DNA from: an uncultured Gemmatimonadales bacterium
Lineage (GTDB): Bacteria; Gemmatimonadota; Gemmatimonadetes; Gemmatimonadales; Gemmatimonadaceae
Length of the DNA stretch: 64,000 nucleotides
Direction: 5' to 3'
Assembly (NCBI GenBank): GCA_963701965.1
Contig: OY969695.1
Coordinates: 3,456,001-3,520,000, forward strand
Shown here: positions 44,856-54,616 of the stretch, piece by piece
Position numbering within the stretch: the first letter of the stretch is position 1
Layout of the letters: every line of letters begins with the position of its first letter
Translations under genes and position numbers: made by a program
Notes under the pieces: model-generated
Seen by the model: the letters and a program-made list of their open reading frames with translations, nothing else
What the model was told of the DNA's origin: nothing
The model's database searches: none

Positions 44856-46512
44856 AACCTACGAAGGCGCCACGGTCGGCGACCTCCTCTCCCGCGCCCG
44901 CCGCGATCTCGGCGCCGACGCGGTCATCATCGAAGTCCAGCAGCGCGGCGGTCGCGTCGTGCTGACCGCGGCCGACCCGGGCACCGCGACGGACATTGCG
45001 CACGCCCGGAACGGCGCCTCGGCCCCCGCACCGGCGCCGCTCCCTACGCGCTCGCCCCGCGCCTCCGCCGCGTACGCGGCCGCCGCCCACGACCCCGCGG
45101 AGCTCGTCACCGCGCGCGCCGAGGCGGCACGCCTCGAAGCCTGGCGGACCCAAGCCCTCCGCGCGGCGGCGCGGGTGGAAGCCACGCGCGCCGAGAACAT
45201 GCGCGCCAATGCCACCCGCGCCGAGGCTGCGCGCAACGAAGCTGCGCGCACTGAGGCCGATCGCACGGACACCACCCGGGCCGCGGCCACTCTTTCCGGC
45301 GCCGTGCTGACGGCCGACGATTATGAAGCGGTGATTGGCGGACTCGGACGCGCCTCCGGCGCGCCGAGTGAAAACACCGGCCGCGACACCGCCGCCCGCC
45401 TCGCGGCGCGCATCGCCGCTCGCCAGGAGCCCCGCGACAATGTGCGCGCCGAGACGCGCCCCGAGCCCCGAGCGGACACTCGCGAGGGGACCCGCGACGG
45501 GACGCGTAGCGGGGGCCGTGACGAGACCCGCGATTGGACTCGTGATGAGACCCGTGAGGCGAGCCGTAACAGGACCCGTGGTGGGAGCCGTGACGAGACC
45601 CATGCCGCGACGCGTGAAGGGACCCGCAATGGGCCCCGCAATGCGAGCAGTGACGAGAGCCGTGAACCGGCTCGTGGTGAGAACCGCAACGGGGACCGTG
45701 ACTGGACTCGCGTGGACTCGCGCGAGACCGTCAGGCGTGAGACCGAGCACCGCGAGACCGAGGCTCGGGCCCGCCGTGAGGCGCGCACGGCCGAGCGGAC
45801 CGGCGCCGCGCCGGAGGCGTCGACGCGGGACACCGACAATGCCGCCAATGACGCGCCCCTAGCCTTCGCGCGCCCGGGCGACCGCCGCACCGTGCTGGCC
45901 TTTCTCGGCCCGACAGGCGCCGGCAAGACCACGACGGTCGCCAAGCTGGCCGCGCACCCCAGGGTCTTCAGCGGCCGCCGCGTCGGGATCCTGAACCTCG
46001 ATACGTACCGCGTCAGCGCCGCCGAGCAAATCGCGGCCTACGCGTCGCTGACGTCGACGCCCGTCGCGTCCGTCCACGAACCGCGGGACCTCGACCGCGC
46101 GATGAAGACGCTCAAAAGCTGCAATGTCGTGCTCGTCGACTGCCCGGGCCGCGGCCCGCGCCTCGAGCGCGACCTCTCGACGATCCGCGCGATCCTGGCC
46201 GCCGTGCGCCCCACGGAGCGCCACCTCACGCTCCCGGTCGGCACGCAGCCCGGCCTCGTGCGCCGCACCATCGCCAACTTCGCCGCCTTCCAGGTCACGC
46301 ACCTCCTGGCGACCAAAGTCGACGAGATGCCCGACGACTGGATTCTGTTCGACGTCGCCGCCGAGCTCAGTCTCCCCATGCGCTGGCTGACCGACGGCCA
46401 GTCCGTGCCCCACGACGTCCGGTCCGCCACCGCGCGGATGGAAGCCGTGCGCGCCGGTCTCAACGGCCGCCGCTCCGCGCCGGGCGCGCGGGTGGCGCAC
46501 GGAGTCGCATGA
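44845..46512 (+). CDS. flhF: SRP-family GTPase FlhF with a charged repeat insert
   Basis: GPTGAGKTTTVAKLAA, DTYR, TKVDE, GQSVP. Confidence 0.88.
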   Translation: MSLRTYEGATVGDLLSRARRDLGADAVIIEVQQRGGRVVLTAADPGTATDIAHARNGASAPAPAPLPTRSPRASAAYAAAAHDPAELVTARAEAARLEAWRTQALRAAARVEATRAENMRANATRAEAARNEAARTEADRTDTTRAAATLSGAVLTADDYEAVIGGLGRASGAPSENTGRDTAARLAARIAARQEPRDNVRAETRPEPRADTREGTRDGTRSGGRDETRDWTRDETREASRNRTRGGSRDETHAATREGTRNGPRNASSDESREPARGENRNGDRDWTRVDSRETVRRETEHRETEARARREARTAERTGAAPEASTRDTDNAANDAPLAFARPGDRRTVLAFLGPTGAGKTTTVAKLAAHPRVFSGRRVGILNLDTYRVSAAEQIAAYASLTSTPVASVHEPRDLDRAMKTLKSCNVVLVDCPGRGPRLERDLSTIRAILAAVRPTERHLTLPVGTQPGLVRRTIANFAAFQVTHLLATKVDEMPDDWILFDVAAELSLPMRWLTDGQSVPHDVRSATARMEAVRAGLNGRRSAPGARVAHGVA

Positions 46513-47291
46513 CCACGCCCTTGGCGGAGGGCCCCCTCGTGCTGCTCGTCGGCAGCGGCAAGGGCGGCGTCGGCAAGTCGGTGCTCTCGATCATTCTGGG
46601 ATCGATCGCCGCCCGTGCCGGCCGCCGCACGCTGCTGTTCAATGCCGATCTCAACCTCGGCAACCTGCACGTGCTCCTCGGCGTCCGCCCCACGGCCCGC
46701 GTCGACGCGCTGCTCAATGGCGACGTCGAAGCCGCCGATCTCGTGCGCCCCCTGCGCGAGAACCTCTGGCTCCTCCCGGGGACATCGGGCGGCGAGCGAC
46801 TGCACGGTCTCGAGTCCCTTGACCGCGCCCGCTTGGAAACCCGGCTCAGCGTCCCCTTCACCGACTACGACGTCGTGATCGTCGACGCCGGTGCCGGCAT
46901 CGACGGCGTGGTGCGCACCGCGACCATCAGCGCCAGTCGCCTGGTCGTCGTCACCGTCCCGGAACCCGCGGCCCTCACCGACGCCTACGCCCTGATGAAG
47001 ATCGTGCACCTCCGCACCCCCGACATTCCGATCGACGTCCTGGTCAATCGCTGCCGGGATGATGCGGAAGGACGTGCCGCATTCGATAAACTGGCCACGG
47101 CCAGTGAACGCTTCCTGCGCCGCGGCATTCGACACCTTGGCAGCGTCGGCGAGGAGTCAACCATCGGCGCCGCCGCTCGCGAGCCCTCCAGCTGTCTGTC
47201 GATTCTCGACGCCAGCCTCGCGGCACAGAGCTTGACTTCCTGTCTCCTCGACCGGATGGAATTACCGGCACCTGTACGGAGTACGCAATGA
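46509..47291 (+). CDS. flhG: MinD-like ATPase FlhG/FleN
   Basis: SGKGGVGKS, ADLNLGNL, DAGAGI, PEPAALTDAYALMK. Confidence 0.9.
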   Translation: MTTPLAEGPLVLLVGSGKGGVGKSVLSIILGSIAARAGRRTLLFNADLNLGNLHVLLGVRPTARVDALLNGDVEAADLVRPLRENLWLLPGTSGGERLHGLESLDRARLETRLSVPFTDYDVVIVDAGAGIDGVVRTATISASRLVVVTVPEPAALTDAYALMKIVHLRTPDIPIDVLVNRCRDDAEGRAAFDKLATASERFLRRGIRHLGSVGEESTIGAAAREPSSCLSILDASLAAQSLTSCLLDRMELPAPVRSTQ

Positions 47292-48058
47292 CCCCAACGG
47301 CAGAACACACGGACATCCTCTGGTCGCGCTATCGCTCGACCGGCGATCCGGACGCGCGCCGGCAACTGCTCGACCGCTACCTCGGCCTCGTGCACCACGT
47401 CGCCCGCGAGATCGCGTCGCGGACGCCGGCCGTGGAGCTGGATGATCTGGTGAATGCCGGCGCACTGGGGCTCGTGCGGGCGTTGGAGAGCTTTGACATC
47501 TCGCGCGGACTGGCGTTCAGCACCTACGCCATGACGCGCATCCGCGGCGCGGTGCTCGACGACCTGCGGGCCCGGGACTGGACCCCGCGGTCCGTCCGGG
47601 TCAAAGCCCGGCAGTTGGCGGCGGCCGTCGCCGCGCTGGAGAGTCGCTTGAACCGCGCGCCCGAACCGAAAGAGATCGCCGAAGCCCTGGACATCGATAT
47701 CGAGACGTACTGGGCCTGGCAGGCCGCGATCGGAGGCGGCGTGATGGTCTCGATCCATCACTCGGCCGCCGACGAGCATATGGAAGGGCCCACGCTGGAG
47801 GAGACCCTCAATGATCCCGACGCGCAGGGGCCCGGCGCCGAGCTCGCCCAGGGCGAGCAGCGCGCGCTCTTGCGCGAGGCCATCGCGGCCCTGCCCGAGA
47901 AAGAGCGCACCGTGCTCGCCCTCTACTACTACGAAGAGTTGACGCTCAAGCAGATCGCCGAAGTGCTGCACGTGACCGAATCGCGCATCTCGCAGATTCG
48001 GACGCAAAGCCTCCGGCGGTTGAAGCAGCTTCTTACTACCGAGGCCATGTTCTCATGA
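47288..48058 (+). CDS. fliA: Flagellar sigma factor FliA (sigma28)
   Basis: FSTYAMTRIRGAVLDDLRARDWTPRSVR, LYYYEELTLKQIAEVLHVTESRISQI. Confidence 0.95.
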   Translation: MTPTAEHTDILWSRYRSTGDPDARRQLLDRYLGLVHHVAREIASRTPAVELDDLVNAGALGLVRALESFDISRGLAFSTYAMTRIRGAVLDDLRARDWTPRSVRVKARQLAAAVAALESRLNRAPEPKEIAEALDIDIETYWAWQAAIGGGVMVSIHHSAADEHMEGPTLEETLNDPDAQGPGAELAQGEQRALLREAIAALPEKERTVLALYYYEELTLKQIAEVLHVTESRISQIRTQSLRRLKQLLTTEAMFS

Positions 48059-48537
48059 CACGTCGACGCTTGTGGCTCGCCACAATGACCTGCTGTCTCC
48101 TGCTCGCCCTTCCAACGCTCACGTCGCTGCGGTGGTCGCTCGCGCCTGCGGCGCTTCGCGCGCTGCACTGGCCGACGATCAGCCTCCCGGCAATCGCTTG
48201 GGGCGCGTGGGCCGTCGATCTGTCGTCCCGCGCGATGGCGGCGATCGATACGATACGGTCCGGCTTGGAGCGACCGGCGATAGCCGGGTCGCAATGGGTC
48301 TTGATCGGCGCCATTGCGCTGAGCAGCCTCGCCGTCCTGACGTTCGGCGTCGCCATGCGCCGCCGACACGCCAACGTGCCGGCGCGCGTGCGCCGGATGT
48401 CCAAGAGTGGGATCCCGGTCAGCCAGATCTCCCGCCGCACCGGCTTGGCACAGGACGCCATCCGCGACCTGCTGCAGCTGGCCGGCCGCCCGGGCTTCGC
48501 GTCCGTGCTCGCCGCGACCCTCCACAAACACCCCTAG
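48055..48537 (+). CDS. Hypothetical membrane protein with C-terminal HTH-like segment
   Basis: ATGA-coupled to fliA; hydrophobic segments, then GIPVSQISRRTGLAQDAIR. Confidence 0.55.
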   Translation: MTRRRLWLATMTCCLLLALPTLTSLRWSLAPAALRALHWPTISLPAIAWGAWAVDLSSRAMAAIDTIRSGLERPAIAGSQWVLIGAIALSSLAVLTFGVAMRRRHANVPARVRRMSKSGIPVSQISRRTGLAQDAIRDLLQLAGRPGFASVLAATLHKHP

Positions 48538-48547
48538 GAGGGCCGCC

Positions 48548-49249
48548 ATGCCAATCAAGGGAATACTGAACTCGGCCCACGCGCTCTCGTACTACACGCG
48601 TTGGCAAGAGGTCACGGCCAACAACCTGGCCAACGCGTCGACCGACGGCTTCAAGCTGGAGCGGTTGACCGGGTCACTCAATGCGGGCACGGCGTTCCCG
48701 TCCCCCGTCGAGAAACTGGACTTGCAACAGGGCCCCATCCGGCACACCGGACGCGATCTCAATGTCGCGCTCGAGGGCCAGGGCTTCCTCGTGGTCGACA
48801 CGCCCCAGGGCCAGCGCCTGTCGCGCGGCGGCTCGCTGCACGTCGACGTCTCCGGCAAGCTGGTGGACGGCGACGGGAACAGCGTCCAAGGCGACGCCGG
48901 CCCCATCGTCATCCCCGACGGCGCCAAGATCGACATTCAGGGCGACGGCACGATCCTCTTGGACGGCGCGCCGCTCGACAAGCTGCGCATCGAAACCGTC
49001 GCCGACCCGAACACCCTGCAGCAAGAGAGCGGCGGCCGCCTCAGCACCAGCGCGCCCCTGATTCCGGCGGCGCCGGGTACGGTCACGCTCCAACAGGGTG
49101 CGGTCGAAGATCCCAACGGCGACTCGGTGGTTGGCATGGTCGATCTCGTCACCATCCAGCGCGCCTACGCCGCCAACGTTGATGCACTCAAGGCCATGGA
49201 CGGCGTGCTCGACACGGTCGCCGGCCAGATCGGCTCCACTCAATCATAG
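48548..49249 (+). CDS. flgF: Rod protein FlgF
   Basis: ANNLANASTDGFK, TGRDLNVALEGQGF, IQRAYAAN. Confidence 0.85.
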   Translation: MPIKGILNSAHALSYYTRWQEVTANNLANASTDGFKLERLTGSLNAGTAFPSPVEKLDLQQGPIRHTGRDLNVALEGQGFLVVDTPQGQRLSRGGSLHVDVSGKLVDGDGNSVQGDAGPIVIPDGAKIDIQGDGTILLDGAPLDKLRIETVADPNTLQQESGGRLSTSAPLIPAAPGTVTLQQGAVEDPNGDSVVGMVDLVTIQRAYAANVDALKAMDGVLDTVAGQIGSTQS

Positions 49250-49263
49250 AAGGGGATACCACG

Positions 49264-50046
49264 ATGCCCAGTTTCACGACGTCAGCCACCGGCATGGAAG
49301 CCCAGCAACAGATGATCAACGTGATCGCCAACAACCTGGCGAACGTGAACACCACGGGCTTCAAACGCAGCCGCGCCTGCTTCTCCGACCTGCTCTACGA
49401 GACGCTCCAAGGCGCGCGCGTCGTCAACCCGGAGAACGAGCAAGTGCTCGCGCCCGTCCAGATCGGATCCGGCGTCCGCCTCTCGGCCGTCATGCGGCTC
49501 CACACGCAAGGCACCGCGGTGCAGACCGGCCGTACGCTCGACCTGGCCATTCAGGGCGACGGGTTCTTTCAGGTCCAGAAAGCCAATGGCACCACGGCCT
49601 ACACCCGCGACGGCACGTTCTCGCTGTCGGACACGGGCACGGTCGTGACCAGCGATGGCTTCCCGCTCATCCCGAATGTCACCGTGCCCAACGGCGCCCA
49701 GAACTTGTCGATCTCGTCGAGCGGTGTCGTCAGCGTCACCACGAACGGATCGGCCACCACCGACATCGGGCACATCGAGCTGGCGCGGTTCATCAACCCG
49801 AGCGGACTCGAAGACCTGGGCGGCAATCTCTATCAGGAGACCGCCGCGTCCGGACTGCCGCAGCTGGGCCAGCCGGGCACGTCGAACTACGGCACCATCC
49901 TCCAAGGCAATCTCGAGTCGAGCAACGTCGAGATGGTGCAGGAGATGACCGACATGATCACGGCGCAGCGCGCGTACGAGATCAACGCCAAGGCCGTGAC
50001 CACGGCCGAAGACATGCTGGACGCGACGAATGCACTTATTCGCTAG
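49264..50046 (+). CDS. flgG: Distal rod protein FlgG
   Basis: IANNLANVNTTGFK, YTRDG, LESSNVEMVQEMTDMITAQRAYEIN. Confidence 0.93.
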   Translation: MPSFTTSATGMEAQQQMINVIANNLANVNTTGFKRSRACFSDLLYETLQGARVVNPENEQVLAPVQIGSGVRLSAVMRLHTQGTAVQTGRTLDLAIQGDGFFQVQKANGTTAYTRDGTFSLSDTGTVVTSDGFPLIPNVTVPNGAQNLSISSSGVVSVTTNGSATTDIGHIELARFINPSGLEDLGGNLYQETAASGLPQLGQPGTSNYGTILQGNLESSNVEMVQEMTDMITAQRAYEINAKAVTTAEDMLDATNALIR

Positions 50047-50698
50047 CCTGCTGCTGCTCGTCGAAGCCGCGTTGGGCGGGGGGGCGCCGGTGGATTCCGT
50101 GCCGGCGCCGCTCTCCGCGCAAGTCGCCGGCGCCGTCGCCCACCTGTGGGGCGACGACTCGGCGCGCGTGCGGCTGCAATGGATGGCGCTCCCGCCCGCC
50201 GCGGAGTTTCCGGCGCGGACCGACGTGCGCCTCATGGGACGCGGGGATCGGGGATGGTTCTCGGCTGTGTTCTCGCACGATGGCAAGCCCCTGTTCGCCC
50301 TCCGCGTGCACGCCGGTGCGCTGGATACCGGGTTCGTCGCGGCGCGCGCCGTCAGCCAAGGCGCGGCGCTCACCGCCGACGATCTGCGGAGCAACGTCGC
50401 CGTACGTTGGGGACCGCCGCTCAACGCGGCCGAACGGCCCACCTTGGGCTGGATCGCGCGGCATCCGCTCGTCGCCGGCGAGGCGATCACCAGCGGTACC
50501 GTCGCGCCACCGTTGCTCGTACACGTCGGCGATACCGTGCACCTCGAATGGCGGCGCGGGGCCGTCGTGATCGCCATGGACGGCACGGCGCTCGGCTCCG
50601 GCACCGCCGGACAACCCGTCCGCGTGCGCATCACCCAACGCTCTGAAGAGAAAAGTGGGACCATCGTCGGTCCCGACCTCGTGAGGCTTGATTCATGA
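50030..50698 (+). CDS. flgA: P-ring chaperone FlgA
   Basis: Signal peptide, SAF-like region, LVHVGDTV...GTALGSGTAGQPVRV. Confidence 0.8.
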   Translation: MHLFASLLLLVEAALGGGAPVDSVPAPLSAQVAGAVAHLWGDDSARVRLQWMALPPAAEFPARTDVRLMGRGDRGWFSAVFSHDGKPLFALRVHAGALDTGFVAARAVSQGAALTADDLRSNVAVRWGPPLNAAERPTLGWIARHPLVAGEAITSGTVAPPLLVHVGDTVHLEWRRGAVVIAMDGTALGSGTAGQPVRVRITQRSEEKSGTIVGPDLVRLDS

Positions 50699-50704
50699 AC
50701 AAGA

Positions 50705-51376
50705 ATGCTGCGCTTCGCGCCTGCGGCGCTCGCGCTCACCGCCATTCCCGCGTGGGGTCAGGCCGCGAGTCCGCCGGCGAGTAAGCAAGCGGCTAACGTG
50801 GCGACGGCGGCGACGGCGGCGACAGCCGCCGAGACGCCGGACGCGCCGAAAACGACACCGACAGAGAACATGCGCGCGTCGTGGCTGTCCGACCGCCGCC
50901 CGCTCCACGTCGGCGACATTCTGACGGTGCTGGTCGATGAACAGACCAGCGCCAGCGAGCAGCACACGACCAACGCCACGGCCAACCGGTTCTTCAATCC
51001 GTCGCTCAACGTGAACACGGGGTCGCTCACGAGTGACCTGATCGGTCCCACGAAGCAATTCGCGACGGGCGTGAACAACAACTCACAGGATGAGGGCGAC
51101 GCGGGCCGAAGCGGCAACTTCACCGCGACCCTCGCCGTCAAGGTCACCGGGATCGACGCGCTGGGCAACGCGCAGGTGTCGGGGACGAAGAACGTGCTGA
51201 TCGATGGCCGCCAACAGGAAGTGAAGCTGTCCGGCCTCGTGCGCGCCGACGACGTCACGTTCGACTATCAAGTCTCGTCGACCCGCATCGCCAATGCGAC
51301 GATCAGCTACAAGGGCAAGACCATCAAGCCGAAACAGGGCTTGATCGGGAAGATCGTCGGTCTGATCTGGCCATGA
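50705..51376 (+). CDS. flgH: L-ring protein FlgH
   Basis: SDRRPLHVGDILTVLVDE, LSGLVRADD, STRIANATISY. Confidence 0.87.
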   Translation: MLRFAPAALALTAIPAWGQAASPPASKQAANVATAATAATAAETPDAPKTTPTENMRASWLSDRRPLHVGDILTVLVDEQTSASEQHTTNATANRFFNPSLNVNTGSLTSDLIGPTKQFATGVNNNSQDEGDAGRSGNFTATLAVKVTGIDALGNAQVSGTKNVLIDGRQQEVKLSGLVRADDVTFDYQVSSTRIANATISYKGKTIKPKQGLIGKIVGLIWP

Positions 51377-52449
51377 AAATTCTCGCGCTGGCGCTCACGG
51401 CCCTCACCGCGCTCGTCGCGCCGGTCGCCGGCGCCCAAACCGCGCGCATTGGGGACCTCACGGTGCGCGCCGGCGACGTGCCCCGCCGCATCGTGGGCTA
51501 TGGTCTGGTCGTTGGTCTCGACGGCACCGGGGACCGGAGCTATGGCGGATCGACGAACCAGACCCCGACGGTGATGTCGATCGTCAACCTGCTGCTGCAC
51601 TTCGGTGTGCGCGTGCCGACGGATCAGCTGATGCCGCGCAACGTCGCCGCCGTCTTGGTGACCGCCGAAGCCTCGCCCTATCTCCACGCCGGTGGGCGGT
51701 TCGAGGTGCAGGTCTCATCACTCGGCGACGCGACGTCCCTCCGGGGCGGCGTGCTCTGGATCACGCCAATGGTGACCGACCCGAATCAACCGCCGGTAGC
51801 GACGGCGCAAGGTCCCGTGCTGATCACCAGCGAAGACGGCTCCGGCCGGACATCAATGTATTCGGTGGCGCGCCGCGGGAACTCCGGGCGCCTGCCTGAT
51901 GGCGGCGTGCTCGAAGTCGATTGGCCCACGCCGCCCGCCAGCGCCACCCCAAAACTCGTGTTGCGCCAACCCGACTTGGCCGTGGCCACGCACATCGTGG
52001 CGGCTGTCAATACGGCATACGGCCCCGGTACGGCCACGCTAACGGACCCTGGCGCCATCACGCTCAAGACCCCGAAGTCGCATGCCGATAGTCTATATCA
52101 GTTTCTGGCGGCGGTGGATACGCTGTCGGTCTTGCAGGCGTATCCGGCGCGGATCGTCATCAATGGGCGGGATGGCACCGTGGTTACGGGTGGCGAAGTT
52201 CGCGTTGGTCCCGCCTCCGTCAGTCACCGCGGTCTGACGCTCAAGATTGGCAATGCGCCGGCCCCGACAGTTGCGGCGGCAACAGGAAATACAGCGCCGC
52301 CGGCCGTCTTGACGCTGAGCGCGGGAGCAACGGTGCAGGATGTCGCGGCCGGTTTGCACGCAGCAGGCGCCACCACCGGGGAGATCGCGGCGATCTTCGA
52401 CGCCCTCCGTTCCGTCGGTGCACTCACCGCCGAGGTCACGATCCAATGA
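51373..52449 (+). CDS. flgI: P-ring protein FlgI
   Basis: GYGLVVGLDGTGD, NVAAVLVTA, SSLGDATSLRGG. Confidence 0.93.
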   Translation: MKILALALTALTALVAPVAGAQTARIGDLTVRAGDVPRRIVGYGLVVGLDGTGDRSYGGSTNQTPTVMSIVNLLLHFGVRVPTDQLMPRNVAAVLVTAEASPYLHAGGRFEVQVSSLGDATSLRGGVLWITPMVTDPNQPPVATAQGPVLITSEDGSGRTSMYSVARRGNSGRLPDGGVLEVDWPTPPASATPKLVLRQPDLAVATHIVAAVNTAYGPGTATLTDPGAITLKTPKSHADSLYQFLAAVDTLSVLQAYPARIVINGRDGTVVTGGEVRVGPASVSHRGLTLKIGNAPAPTVAAATGNTAPPAVLTLSAGATVQDVAAGLHAAGATTGEIAAIFDALRSVGALTAEVTIQ

Positions 52450-52733
52450 CCGCGCTCCCCGCCGTCGCCCAATCGGCGACCCCGCCGCTCGACGACGCCC
52501 ACCAGAAGCTCAAGAAGGCGGCGCAGGCCCTGGAGGGCATGTTCTTCCGCCAACTCTTGAGCGCCATGCGCGCCACCGTGCCCTCCGGGCCCGGCAATGG
52601 TGGTCCCGGCGGCGAGATGTTCACCGGCATGATGGACGACACGATCGCCGATCGCGCCGCCGAGCACATGCAGCGCGGCATCGGCAATGCCTTGTACCGC
52701 CAGCTCAGCGCTAAACTGGACTCTACCACATGA
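52446..52733 (+). CDS. flgJ: FlgJ, rod-binding domain only
   Basis: LKKAAQALEGMFFRQLLSAMR...GIGNALYRQL; no muramidase domain. Confidence 0.85.
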   Translation: MTALPAVAQSATPPLDDAHQKLKKAAQALEGMFFRQLLSAMRATVPSGPGNGGPGGEMFTGMMDDTIADRAAEHMQRGIGNALYRQLSAKLDSTT

Positions 52734-53236
52734 AACTCATGCTGGTGCAGGACGACCCGACGTGCGTCCCCCTCACCCGCGCGCTCGAAGCCGAGCGCCG
52801 GTTGATCAATGACCTGCGCCAGGCGCTGTTGCGCCAGCGCGCGGGCATTGCCGCCGCCGATACATCCGCGATCGAAGCCAGTGCCCAGGTGATCAGCCGG
52901 ACGCTGTCGTCGCTCAGCCAAGCGCGGCGCACGCGCGAGCAGCTGGTGACAGCGCTCGCCGGCGACGCCTCCGTGCCGCTGGCGCAGCTCGAGGACGCCC
53001 TCGGCGGCACGGTGCCGCCCGCGTTGCGCGATGCGCGCGCGGCGCTCCGCGCCTCGGCCACCGCGACCGCCAGCGAAGTGGCGATCAACCAGCACGTCCT
53101 GCGCCGGGCGCTCGAGGCCGGCAATGCGTTCTTGCAGCGCCTGTTCGCCAGCGCCGCGAACCCATTGCCAATGTATTCGCCAGCTCCGAAGCGTCCGTCG
53201 ACGCCGTCGGGCGTCCTGGTCAATCAGAGGGCCTGA
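52730..53236 (+). CDS. flgN: Export chaperone FlgN
   Basis: Helical protein immediately before flgK; INQHVLRRAL. Confidence 0.65.
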   Translation: MKLMLVQDDPTCVPLTRALEAERRLINDLRQALLRQRAGIAAADTSAIEASAQVISRTLSSLSQARRTREQLVTALAGDASVPLAQLEDALGGTVPPALRDARAALRASATATASEVAINQHVLRRALEAGNAFLQRLFASAANPLPMYSPAPKRPSTPSGVLVNQRA

Positions 53237-53239
53237 CCA

Positions 53240-54616
53240 ATGTCTCTCAACAGTGTGTTCAACAGCGCCAACTCCGCTCTGCAAGCGCAGGAGCGGGTCA
53301 TGGCGACCATCTCCGAGAACATCGCGAACGCCAACACGCCGGGCTACACCGTCGAGCAGACGAGCCTCGTGCCGTCCACGCCGATCGCGACGCCCGAAGG
53401 GCAGATCGGCACCGGTGTCACGGTGGCCGATACGCAGCGCCTGCGCAACTCGTTCCTCGACGATCAGTTCCGGACGGAATCGGGTCTGAGCGGTCAGTCG
53501 GACGCCACGCAGACGCTCATGAACGAAGTGCAAGGCGTGCTGAACGAGCCGAGCGACTCTGGTTTGTCGTCGGCGCTGAGCGGATTCTTCGATGCGTTCA
53601 GCAGTTTGAGCACGAACCCCAGCAACACCACGGACCAGCAGATCGCGCAGCAGGCGGGCGCCAACCTCGCGCAGACGTTCAATGGCCTGAGCGGATCGCT
53701 GGATCAGGTGAGCCAGGACGCCGAGACGCAGCTCCAGAACAATGTCAACCAGGCCAACGCGCTCCTGGGGCAGATTCAGAACCTCAACCAGCAGATCGTC
53801 GCCGCCAACGGGCAGGGCGGCGCGCCAGCGCTGGCCGACCAGCGCGATCAGGCGATCGATCAGCTGTCGACGCTCGTCGGCGTGCGCACGGTGGACTACG
53901 GGAACGGCGCCGTCGGCGTGATGGCCGGGAGCACGCTGGTGGCCGATGCGACGCAGCACGTCACGCTGGGCGTGGTCTCGAGCGGGCCGGGCTTCGGCGT
54001 CGGAGTCAACGGCTCGACCTCCGCGGCGGATCTGGGCAGCGGATCGTTGAGCGCCATCAGCACCTTCACGCAGACGACGCTGCCGGGCATCAAGGGTCAG
54101 CTGGATCAGCTGGCCGCGGGCGTCGTCTCGTCGGTGAACACGCTCTCGCAGTCGGGCACCGTGACCGGGTCGAATCCCCCCGTCACTGGCGTGCCGTTCT
54201 TTGCCACGACGGGGACGACGGCGGCATCGATCGCGCTCAGCACGCAGGTCGCGGCGTCACCCGGCAACATCGTTACGGGGACCACCGGCTCCTCCGGCAA
54301 TGGCGGCATCGCGCTCCAGATCGCGCAGTTGGAGCAGAACCCCGTCGCCACCCTGGGCAACCAGTCGATCCCCAACTTTTACGCGGGGTTCGTGTCCACC
54401 ATCGGCGCCACGGCCCAGAGCGCGCAGCAGGCGGCGACGGCCCAGAGCACGTTGGTGTCGAACCTCGGCACGCAGCGATCGGCCGCCAATGGGGTGAACA
54501 CCGACCAGCAGTTGGTCTCCATGCTCCAGACGCAGAGCGCGTACGTCGCGGCCGCGCACCTCATCACGACAGCGAACGCGATGATGCAGAGTCTCCTGCA
54601 AGCCGTTCAGGGCTGA
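53240..54616 (+). CDS. flgK: Hook-filament junction protein FlgK
   Basis: SENIANANTPGY, DQRDQAIDQLS, GVNTDQQLVSMLQTQSAY. Confidence 0.92.
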   Translation: MSLNSVFNSANSALQAQERVMATISENIANANTPGYTVEQTSLVPSTPIATPEGQIGTGVTVADTQRLRNSFLDDQFRTESGLSGQSDATQTLMNEVQGVLNEPSDSGLSSALSGFFDAFSSLSTNPSNTTDQQIAQQAGANLAQTFNGLSGSLDQVSQDAETQLQNNVNQANALLGQIQNLNQQIVAANGQGGAPALADQRDQAIDQLSTLVGVRTVDYGNGAVGVMAGSTLVADATQHVTLGVVSSGPGFGVGVNGSTSAADLGSGSLSAISTFTQTTLPGIKGQLDQLAAGVVSSVNTLSQSGTVTGSNPPVTGVPFFATTGTTAASIALSTQVAASPGNIVTGTTGSSGNGGIALQIAQLEQNPVATLGNQSIPNFYAGFVSTIGATAQSAQQAATAQSTLVSNLGTQRSAANGVNTDQQLVSMLQTQSAYVAAAHLITTANAMMQSLLQAVQG

